The translations under genes and the position numbers were made by a program. From Camelus ferus (Eukaryota), in NCBI RefSeq assembly GCF_009834535.1, contig NC_045696.1, forward strand, positions 30,754,001 through 30,818,000: 64,000 nt of DNA, given 5' to 3'. This document shows, one piece after another, positions 54,091 to 64,000 of the stretch. The notes beneath the pieces are model-generated. The model searched no databases. It was not told where the DNA came from and was given only the letters and a program-made list of their open reading frames with translations. Every line of letters begins with the position of its first letter. Within the stretch, counting starts at the first letter, position 1.

Positions 54091-56249
54091 TTTAAAAAGT
54101 AATTATCTGATCATCATAATAAAGAAGTTGTAAAACAAAAAAAAGCACCTGAAATCAATTACCTAAATCCTTTCTAGTCATTTATAGTGTGTATCACAGT
54201 TGTTTTTCTAAATTTTTACTATATTGATGCTCAGATGAATCTGGCACCAGTACAAACAGCTTTTCCTTCTTTTGCAACATGAATGATAACTTAGAAAATT
54301 TTAAAAAATGTAAGACATATTTATTTTCCTCATGTAATTTTTTTCTTTTCCTTTTTGGAGATGCTGTTTAAGAGACATCTTAGGTGTATTTATGTTGCCT
54401 TCCTTGGGTTTTGTCATCAGCAACTGTTGCAAAAGGAGCTTTATGCATATTCAATAATGTGCATGCAAATTTTAGGCTATATAAATCATTTAACAAACTT
54501 TCCATGATTGTTTCACTTCACACAAAGAAATCTCAGGTTCTAGATGTGTAGTCACTGACATTCGGCCGATACTGTAAAACCTCACAAGGAAAGGTTTATA
54601 ATCTTACACAAATACTCAAAATTTTAGATCTTGAATTCATAGGGTGATTGTCAATGTACATGTCACCTGCCCGAAATATTAATGTTGGCCAGTTTCAGTT
54701 ACTTTACAAGTGGTTCTGAATAGCATTTCTGCTTAAAATCTACCTCTTACACCCGGAAAAAAAAAAAAAAAAAAAAAGCCCTGACAAAAAGAACCCTTCA
54801 AATCCAAAGCTACAGGTATCTATCTTTTTTTTTTTTTCCTTTTGAACTTAAGGTAGATATTGAAAAATAAAATAAGCATTCTAAAAATTCTGTTTTAGAA
54901 TCATTAGAAAACTTTTCTAACCAAAGTCTGTTACCATTAATCACACTTAAAGTCTGCATGCATTGCACAAAGGAATGCTTCAGTGAACTTTGGTAAGCCA
55001 ATGACACACTCAATAAGACTTTTCTAACATTTACTGAGACCTACAATGGGACTCAAATTTCTTAAGGGTTTTTGAAGTTGAAATGTAAACTAGTGGCTGA
55101 TATCCTTTATACCCCTAAAATCTTAAACAAATATTTATCAACAAGTTTAAATCCATACATGGATACATTTTTATCTTAATGCTAATTAAAAATAGACATA
55201 ATGAGGAATATTCAAATATATGTGAAAAATAATAATAATTGAGAATAAGTCACAAATTTGTATAGAGGCAGCATAAGAAGAGAAAACACACTCTTACACA
55301 ATTTAGAAAAGCACTTTGGAAAGAGAGGAGACAAATTCGCTTAGGTCACTTATTTTCAAAACTAATCAGCTTCACAGTTGGAAAAGTGGCCCAGATAATA
55401 TTTCTAATTCTCTTTCAGTTCCTTGGGGTAAGAGAAGTAAAATCCTGAAGTTCTCATCCCCATTGTAAAGATCCACCTGTGGGACAAAATACTGTCTATA
55501 AATAATTTTAGTAACTTGTCAAGTTCACTGAAAATGATGATTTATGGATATTGAACTTAACATGATAGTAAAGAAGTATAACAGAAATTATTTATAGAAA
55601 AGATAGAAGAACAGGAAATTCTATATTCTGTGAGGCTGGAAGAAAAAGAATATACTCCTTCACAGTTAGAGCTTTCTGAGTAAATTTTACTAAAACTTGT
55701 CACCCACTCTAAACTAAAAGCCTAAAAGTTAAATTATGACTCATTAGCTAGTGAGATAAATGTCGCTAGAATTAAATGTTTGCATTTCAAGAGTAGATAA
55801 ATCACCCTTTCTGTGGGGATACCCCTGGATTAAAAATTTGCAGAAACTCATATCATCTTTAACTCGAAAAATTTCTCTCTCTTATCTATATAGATGTCCA
55901 CATTCACTTTTTTTTTGGATTTCTCCTTTACAGTAGACTATGATATCTATAAGATGACATCTTCTAGTTCTAGTTTTACCCTAGGGTGAAGAACTGAGGC
56001 AAAGGCAAAAGGCATGTTTATTATTTTCTGTATGTAAATAGTATTCGCTTTGTCCCTCTCCATATACCTTGTGTTGGCATTCATGATAATATTAATACAT
56101 GTAAGTATTAAAAACTTAATATCTATATTGTCTAAATTTACAGGAGACTTGACAAAACAAATACAGATTTTCTTGAGAGTTATTCAATACTACATAAGAA
56201 TTCAGTAATTCAGTAATATTTTAAGGATTCAAGAGAAAAAAAATTAAGA

Positions 56250-56670
56250 CCTTTTAGTTTTAGATAATTTAGAATTTCATAGAGTATTATCTCTTGCAGC
56301 CTTCTTCCAGCTTAACCCAGTGTTAACATCTTGCATAACTATAGTGCCATGTCCAAACCAGGGGATACACATTGATACAAACCATAGCTACCATTCAGAT
56401 TTCACTAGTTATACCTGCACAAATTTATACATATAACTTTGCACATAGTTTTGGGTGTGTGTAGCTTTGTGCAATTTTCTCACAATTGAGCCTTCCTACG
56501 ATGGAGGCTTCACCACCAAAATCAGATTACTTACTGCATCTTGATCACAAGACTCCCAACATGCTACCCCTGCAGAGCCTTATCTTACCCTTCCCCATGG
56601 CAAAGCCCTACAACCACTAATCTGGTTTTCATCTTCATAATGATGTTATATACATTCACAAATATTATAC

Positions 56671-56701
<31 letters not shown>

Positions 56702-57732
56702 GATTCACAAATGTTATATAAGCAGAATGCAGTAGATATTTTTAGATAAGTTTTTCCATTCAGCGTGATATGAGATTCATACAAGCTGTTGTATGTCTGT
56801 TACCTTGTACTGTTGATGAGTATCCCATCATATGGATGTACCACAGATTGCTTAACCATTCACCACTGAAGGATATTTAGGTAGTTTCCATTTTATGACT
56901 ATTAATAATAACACTGCTATGAATATTCATTTATAAATTTTAATATAAAAATACATTTCCATTTCTCTAGGATATTTCCTCAAGACTGCAATTGCCAGGA
57001 CATATGGTAAGTCCATTCTTTTAGTTTTAAAAGAAACTGTCAGCCTATTTTCCAGAGTGGCTTTACACTTTAATATTTGCATCAACAATGTGTGAGTGGT
57101 CCAGTTTCTCTGCATCCTCATCAGCATTTGGTGGGATCACTGATTTTATATTTAGCCATTCTGATAGGTATGTAGTGATAACTCATGGTATTTCTAATTT
57201 GCATTTCTAGATGTTGACCTTTTCTCATTTGCTTATCTGTTATCTGTTTATCCTCTTTAGTAAAATTTCTGTTTATGCCCCTTGGCCACTTTCTAATTGT
57301 ACCGCTGTTGAGGTTTTTGCATTTGTGTCTTCCTTTTTTTGCAAATATTTTCTTCCAGTCTATAATTTGTCTCTTCATCCTCTTAACAGGATCTTTCACA
57401 GAGCAAATGTTTTTAATTTGTGAGATCAAACTTATCAAGTTTTTGCATGTATTATATTCTTGGTGTCAAGTCTAAGCATTCTTTTCTTAGTCATATTTCT
57501 CATTTTCTATTGTTTCCTAAAATGTTATAGTTTTGTGTTATACATTTAAATTCAAGATCCATTTGAGTTGAAATTTGTATACAAGGTAAGGTTTAGTTTA
57601 AGGTTCACTTCTTTGCCTAAGAATGCTTAATTAATCCAGCATCATGTGTTAAAAAAGCTAACCTTCCTCAAATTGTTTTTGCTCCTTTGTCAAAAATTAA
57701 ATGGTTATATTTATGTGTATCTATTTCTGAGT
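56250..57732 (-). mobile_element. LINE-1 (L1MC-like) 3' UTR and ORF2 C-terminus
   Basis: Minus-strand remnants IKNICSVKDPVKRMKRQ..DWKKIFA and MQIRNTMSYHYIPIRMAK; atcttgcataactatag; internal (GT)n(AT)n. Confidence 0.88.
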
Positions 57733-57747
57733 CCTTAAGATTTTTTT

Positions 57748-57982
57748 CTTTTTTTATTGAGTTATATTCAGTTTACAATGTTTCAATTTCTGGTGTACAG
57801 CACAATTTTTCACAGTCATACATGAATAAACATATATTCATTTTCATATTATTTTCCACTATGAGCTACTACGAGATCTTGTTTATAGTTCCCTGTGCTA
57901 TACAGTTTGAACTTGTTTATCTATTGTATATATACCTGTCAGTATCTAGAAATCTCAAACTTCCAGTCTGTCCCTTCCCACC
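57748..57982 (-). mobile_element. Short younger L1 3' end insertion
   Basis: T-tail then ttattgagttatattcagtttacaatg...atagttccctgtgctatacag; 15-bp TSD-like pair with 2 mismatches, ccttaagattttttt (57733-57747) and cctcaagatattttt (57983-57997). Confidence 0.85.
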
Positions 57983-59049
57983 CCTCAAGATATTTTTTTA
58001 GGAAGGTATCTCTAGGATTCCCTGGATGATATCCAGGGAAAAAGAAATAAAGGCAGATAATCAACTTGCATTTAAGCTAAGAAAAGAGGACAGAGTGACC
58101 TCTCAGAGACTATACTTCCTGTCTTGATTCTAGTGTTTAGGATTGACTGATAATTGGGAGTTATCACATCAGTGCAGTATGAGTGACTCAATCAGAATTC
58201 ATTGTTAATTAAGGAAGTAATATCCACATGCATGATCTCAATTTCTGTCTACAAGATGATGACCTTCAAGACCTGCCACACCTCTGTACAAAATCAAAAG
58301 TATATTTCCAATTTTTCTTGGATATTCTTCAACTGAATTTCCCAGAGCCAACTCAGGTTTTTTTAAGTTTAAATTTGAACTTACGATCTCCCCAGAGTAA
58401 GAATAAGTCACGTTCTTTTTACTACTCTCACGATTTTAGTTTATAGAATTTTTGTTTATTCAGGCACCTACACATTAGGTCAAATGTGACTGCATGTTTT
58501 CCCAATTTTGAAGATTCAGCAGATTGCCAACTATCCCAGTATCACTTAAATCATGTCCACTATCTCCGTTTTCTTATGCACCTGCTTTACATTTTTAATA
58601 TTTCTTTCTTGAATGTCTATAATAGTATCACCTTGACACTCTAAAATAATGATCATGTTACTGTTGACATAATTCTGATTTCCTAAATGTTTCTGCTAGC
58701 ATGGCCTGAAAATAAAACCCATAACTAAGATGTTTAACTTCACTTTCATATGTAAAATGTTGATCTACCAATGATTCTTTTACAATTAAAAAAAAAGGTA
58801 GAAATCTATAAGAAAAAAAGAAAGGAAAAGAGAAATCAGAGAATGAGAAAAAAACATTTCTTTTTTTTTTGTTATAATTACAAGATACTGAATACCAATG
58901 TTTTAATGTCATTCAAAGTATAAAATTAAATGACAATTGCTATCAACCCCTTAGGCTAGTGACTGGCATATAACTGCCCCAAAATGGTAACTATTTTCAT
59001 TATCATTAGTAAGTTATACAAAACCCTTGATATTTGAGACCTTGGACTA

Positions 59050-59380
59050 CATTTTTGAACTAATCTTCCACAAACTTCCATGAGCAGCTTCAATTCTGAC
59101 CCTAATGTATCCCAGTTGTCCCTTAATAACTGAACTCCTACTCATTCTTCAGGATTCTGATCAATATCATCTGCTTGGTAAACCACTGTCTGTTCTCCCG
59201 GATAGTTAAGCATTTTCTCTCTCTTTCCTAAAGTAATATATACTGTAGTTTGTATGAAATTGTTATATAATTTTTCATTATTTTTACAATTCATTTTCTT
59301 CACCAAACTGAGTTTCTGAAGATCTGGTACCTGAGCTATTAGTGTACATTTTCTGTCCTTAAATATCTAATTAAATTAAT
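59050..59380 (+). mobile_element. L2 3' region relic
   Basis: tgaactcctactcattcttcagg...aatatcatct..caccaaactgagtttctgaag. Confidence 0.55.
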
Positions 59381-59769
59381 GGAAACTTTGGTTATTAAAC
59401 ACCACTAAACAAGTTACATAAGATTAAAATATGCACTAAAACACTTGGCTGAAAATTAGAAATAATGACACTCCCAAAATGCATTGAAATATTAAAGTTA
59501 TTTTTCACAATTTTCTAATATTTCACTCACACTTTAACATACTCTTTAGACTAGCATAAACAAATTGTTGTGTTTAATTTTCCTTTGTTCATGCGCTTAC
59601 ATATAGAAAGCTTTATAAAGCTTTCTTTCATAGCTTTAGTTCCTAAAGAAAAAATACTATAAATATAATCTTCAACTTTGATTTTCCTTTCTTTTTATAA
59701 ATCATGGATATACCTACAAATCTGGAACTATAGAGATCCAACACTATCTTATTTTTAATTTTGTTCAAA

Positions 59770-61505
59770 AATATTTATTTTTATTAAAAATAGTACATTT
59801 ATATTACTAGTTTCAGGTGTATAAATTTGTGATTCAATATACCTATAGATTATACTCCACTTAAAGTTACTACAAAACAATGGCTATATTTACCTATACT
59901 GTATAATACCTTACTTGCTTATCTATTTTATACATAGTAGTTTGTACCTCTTAATCCCATATTCCTATCTTGTCCCTCCCCACTTCTCTCTCCCCACTGG
60001 TAACCATTAGTTTATTCCCTATGTCTGAGTCTGTTTCTGTTTTGTTATATACATTTGTTTATTTTTTAGGTTCCACATATAAGTGATAACATAGAGTATT
60101 TTTCTTCCCCTACTTGACTTATTTTGCTAAGCATAATACTCTCTAGGTCCACCCAATTTGTTGCAAATGGCAGAATTTCATTCTTTTTTATGGCTGAGTA
60201 ATATTCTATTATTTATTTATATATAAGATAAATACATATATGTTTATATATACATATATAACACATCTTCTTTATCCATTCATCTGTCGATGGACATTTA
60301 GTTTGCTACCATATCTTGGCTACTGAAAATAATGTTGCTGTGAAAACTGGGGTGCATGTATCTTTTCAAATTAAAGTTTTCATTTTTTTGTCTATATACC
60401 CAGCAATAGAATTGCTAGATTGTATAATAATTCTGTTTCTGGTTTTTTGAGGAACTGCCATACTGTTTTCTATAGTGGCTATACCAATTTACATTCCCAC
60501 CAGCAGTGTACAAGGGTTCCCTTTTCTCTACATCCTAGCCAACATTTGTTATTTATAGACTTTTTGATGATAGCCATTCTGATAGATATGAGGTGATGTC
60601 TCACTGTGGTTTTGATTTTCATTTCTCTGATGATTAATGATGTTAACCATCTTTTCATGTGCCTGTTGGCCATCTGTATATCTTCTTTGGAAAAATGTTT
60701 ATTCAGGTCTTCTGCTCATTTTTTAATTGTTGTTTTTTTTTTATATTGAGTTCTATGAGCTGTTTATATGTTTTGGATACTAATCCCTTATCAGTCATAT
60801 CATTTGCAAATATTTTCTCCCATTCAGTAAGTTGCCTTTTCATTTTTTCAATGGTTTCTTTTGCTGTGCCAAAGCTTTTAAATTTGATTAGGTCCTATTT
60901 GTTTATTTTTGCTGTTATTTCTTTTGCCTTAGAAGACAGACCCAACAAATAATTAGTGATTTATATCAAAGAGTGTTCTGCCTATGTTCTCTTCTAGGGG
61001 TCTTAAGGTTTCAAATCTTACTTCTAGGTCTTTGATCCATTTTGAGCTTATTTTTGTGTATGGTGTGAGGAAATGTTCTAACTTCATTCTTTGACATGTA
61101 GCTGTCCTGTTTTCCCAGCACCACTTATTGAAGACTGTCTTCTCCATCGTATATTCCTGCCTCCTTTGTCATTGGTGCATGTTTTTATTTATGGGCTTTC
61201 TATTCTGTTCCATTGATCTATGTATCTCTTTTCTGATATGTAGAAAATTTATATTTTGTTTTTGTTTTTGGCCAATACTATGCTGTTTAATTACTGTAGC
61301 TTTGTAGTATAGTCTGAAGTCAGGGAGCTAGACACCTCTGTACTTGTTCTTCTTCCTCAAGATTGCTTTTTCTATTTGGGGTCTTTTGTGGTCCCATATA
61401 AATTTTAGAATTATTTGTTCTAGTTCTGTGAAAAATGCCATGGGTATTTTGACAAGGATTGAATTAAATCTGTAGATTGCTTTGGGTAGTATGGATATTT
61501 TTAAT
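59770..61505 (-). mobile_element. 5'-truncated LINE-1 (cetartiodactyl-type 3' UTR plus ORF2 C-terminus)
   Basis: Minus-strand remnants [40 protein letters not shown] and [35 protein letters not shown]. Confidence 0.93.
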
Positions 61506-61509
61506 ATAA

Positions 61510-62320
61510 ACTATTTTCCTAATTTACTTATCACACAAGCAAATGTACACACATACAATTTCACATAAATGACATAATAGATACATATAGGAGGTTTCTG
61601 AGAAGTTCCTTTTCTTTTCCCTTCTGTTTGATTTTATATTTCATTTTTTTATTCTCCTAAAATATCATCCTACACTTCACATACACTCAATAGCCATAAC
61701 ACTATTTCATCTTTATACATTATAAACTTATAGAAAATTATAAAATATTATAAAATAAGATTATTACTTGCTTTCAGAAATGTGTTTATATTATAGAAAC
61801 TTCTCAACTTTTTTTTTGCACTCAATCATTATGTAAATACTTTAAAGTCATTTGACATAGTTTTAATTGCTTCTTTTTAATTCTTCTATAAATTACACAA
61901 AATTATGCCCCAATTTTTCTCAATTCACATTGTAGCCTTCTTTTGCCTTGTGTTCCAACACACATGCATATATATTAATGCTTCTATTTCATTTTTTTTA
62001 AATCACAGAAACAGGCTTGATGAATAAAAAAGCATATACATCTCTAAATTTTGATACTGTGTTACAATTTTCTTTTGCCTCAACAATGAATAAAACCACC
62101 CTACATGTCTGTGAAAAGTCTGATGTTGGCCAAACAATTTAGCAACCTTACCTAAATTTTAATTTATCTACTTTGCAAAATCTCTGATAATAGAGATTTT
62201 GAACAACATTTTTTTTTGTTTTTATTTGCCCAGTTGTCTTTGCTTTTATGAATTATCAATTCTTGTCATTTGCCTATTTTTCTGTTGGGTGGGGGTGTCG
62301 ATTTTTAGTCTCAATTTGGC
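61510..62320 (-). mobile_element. Decayed L1ME-like fragments
   Basis: T-rich; taaattttgata, tttgaaca..tttttt, tcatttgcctattttttctgttggg resemble an antisense L1 3' region. Confidence 0.4.
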
Positions 62321-62534
62321 TAGGTTTAACTGTATTTCCCAGGATTCCATTTCTGTATGTTTCCAGTTAGGGTAGATTCTCAAATGAGATTATCAGAAGA
62401 TTTAGAGACTTGAAGGAACAGAGTAACCACTTGGTAACTAACATTCATTGTTGGTTTGCCGATTTACATTCTTGTCATAAAGCAGCAGCTAGACTTTAAA
62501 CTGTTCTATTAGCCTTTGTAGGGGTAGGAGGGAC

Positions 62535-62903
62535 AGAGAAAGAGCGATAGTTTAAGAAATTGGTTTATGCTATTTTGGAGTTTGGGAAGTTCAGAATCTA
62601 CAGTGTAGGCTAGTTGGCCAGGGACCCAGAGAAGAGTTGATGCTACAGTTTGAGTTGGAAAGAAGTATGCTGGCAGAATCCTCTCTCCTTCAGAAAAGGT
62701 CAGTCTTTTTCTACTAAGGACTTCTACTTAAGGATTTGATAAGGTCTACTCACTTTGCAGAGACTAATCTGCTTTATCCAAAGTCTACTGAATTAAATGT
62801 TAATCTCATCTAAAAAATACTTCACAGAAATATCTATAATAACGTTTGACCAAATATCTGAGTACAGTGAGGAGCCAGGCTGACGACTAAGTTTAACCAT
62901 AAC
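62535..62903 (-). mobile_element. MLT2 (ERVL) LTR
   Basis: tttaagaaattggtttatgc..tttggag, ctaatctgcttta..caaagtctactga.ttaaatgttaatctcatctaaaaaatac, tttgaccaaatatctg, ttaaccataaca. Confidence 0.88.
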
Positions 62904-63019
62904 AACTGTGTATATTATTTCATCTGCCTACAGACAAGAAACTCGAGACCTAGTACTATCAAAACCCTCTGTTAAATCAGACAGACATTTTACATTTAAC
63001 TCATTTTACAGCCAAAATC

Positions 63020-63430
63020 TCCAGTTTTCCCCCAGAATATTTTCTCCCCTCTTTCTTAGAAATAGAATCCTGGATTTATCTGGGTACATGGCTATTTGGA
63101 ATAAGCACTATATTTCCAAGACTTACTTGAAAATTGTTGTAGTCATGTGGCTAAGATCTAGCCAATGGAATGAAAGAACATTTATGCCTTTTCCAAGAAG
63201 TATCTTTAATGGGAAGGGGTGTGTTCTTCAGGTTCCTTTTATCTAAATTTAATCTGGAGTAAATTAACATTCTAAGTATGGAAGACCAGGTAGATAGTAG
63301 TAAGATGGCTTCCTATATTAGAAAGCTTTAGACTGTTGTCAGATTCAATTTGCTTGAGGAAGACAGATGTTTATATGTTGATTAAGTCACTATTATAATA
63401 GGCTTTTTATTACTATCAGGTAAATAATAC
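63020..63430 (+). mobile_element. MaLR LTR (MLT1J-like)
   Basis: ttctcccctctttctt.gaaatagaatcctggattt, actatatttcc, gtcatgtggctaagatctagccaatggaatg, ttaagtcactatt. Confidence 0.7.
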
Positions 63431-64000
63431 ACTTGTTTTAGATAAACTCTGGCGACTGATCACAATGTGCCTTCTATGTTCTATACAAATCTTTTTACCT
63501 ACATAGAATGGCCCAGTGACTCATTGCCTAGCAAAATTTTTTTCAATGATTTTTTTCCGTACTACCAATTATCTGGCATGACTTTCCAATTAATTATAAA
63601 CATATTTCATTTCCATTAATTAAGGAAATACTCAGAATATTTCAGATGAATTTACAAATCAATGATCTACATGATATATTGACACATTGTAGTAGAATCC
63701 TAGAACTTTCTCAGTTATTTAGACAAAATATCAAATAGCTTAAGACCTTTGTCACATTTAAACAGATTTTTTTTCCTAACTCTGCTTACTTATGATTTTG
63801 TTTTAAAAAAATGGAGTAAAGTTAAAGCCATTATAATACTTTTGCTCTAATAATATTACAGAATTGTAAAATCAGTGTTTTTATGATGCTGGAATAATAT
63901 ATCTCTTCAATTAATACTTTAATCGTTTATTTATTTATCCAGCTATTTATTCTATGCAAGAATTAACAGGAATCTACTGAACACCAGATCCTGTAGTAAG

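Noticed and set aside
58018..58040. 10-bp stem hairpin ttccctggat-gat-atccagggaa
   Set aside because: Isolated short palindrome with no RNA-gene or TIR context

Overview
AT-rich, CpG-depleted mammalian genomic DNA (intronic or intergenic), a large part of it interspersed repeat. I can identify no intact protein-coding gene, RNA gene, CRISPR array or prokaryotic feature. Long ORFs in the track come from decayed LINE-1, Tigger1 transposase or a low-complexity repeat. Main content: many L1 copies of different ages, including a near-full-length ~6.3 kb L1MA-type element (about 30.1-36.9 kb); a complete but decayed Tigger1 (40.9-44.3 kb); MaLR/ERVL LTRs (MLT1, MLT2); MIR, L2, CR1 and MER5 relics; and a 2.5 kb purine-rich compound minisatellite (10.9-13.4 kb). 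Four clear nested insertions give a relative chronology: two with clean TSDs, one flanked by TA, one with an imperfect TSD. The 3' UTRs of the youngest L1s and a Tigger1 deletion derivative point to a cetartiodactyl, plausibly a camelid (inference). A few splice-signal-bounded exon candidates, including a recursive-splice-site-like motif, lie in repeat-poor sequence at about 38.5 kb and 50.5-53.5 kb; they are unverified. I found no convincing novel biological system. Subfamily names come from recalled consensus similarity, and boundaries are approximate unless a TSD or TIR is quoted.
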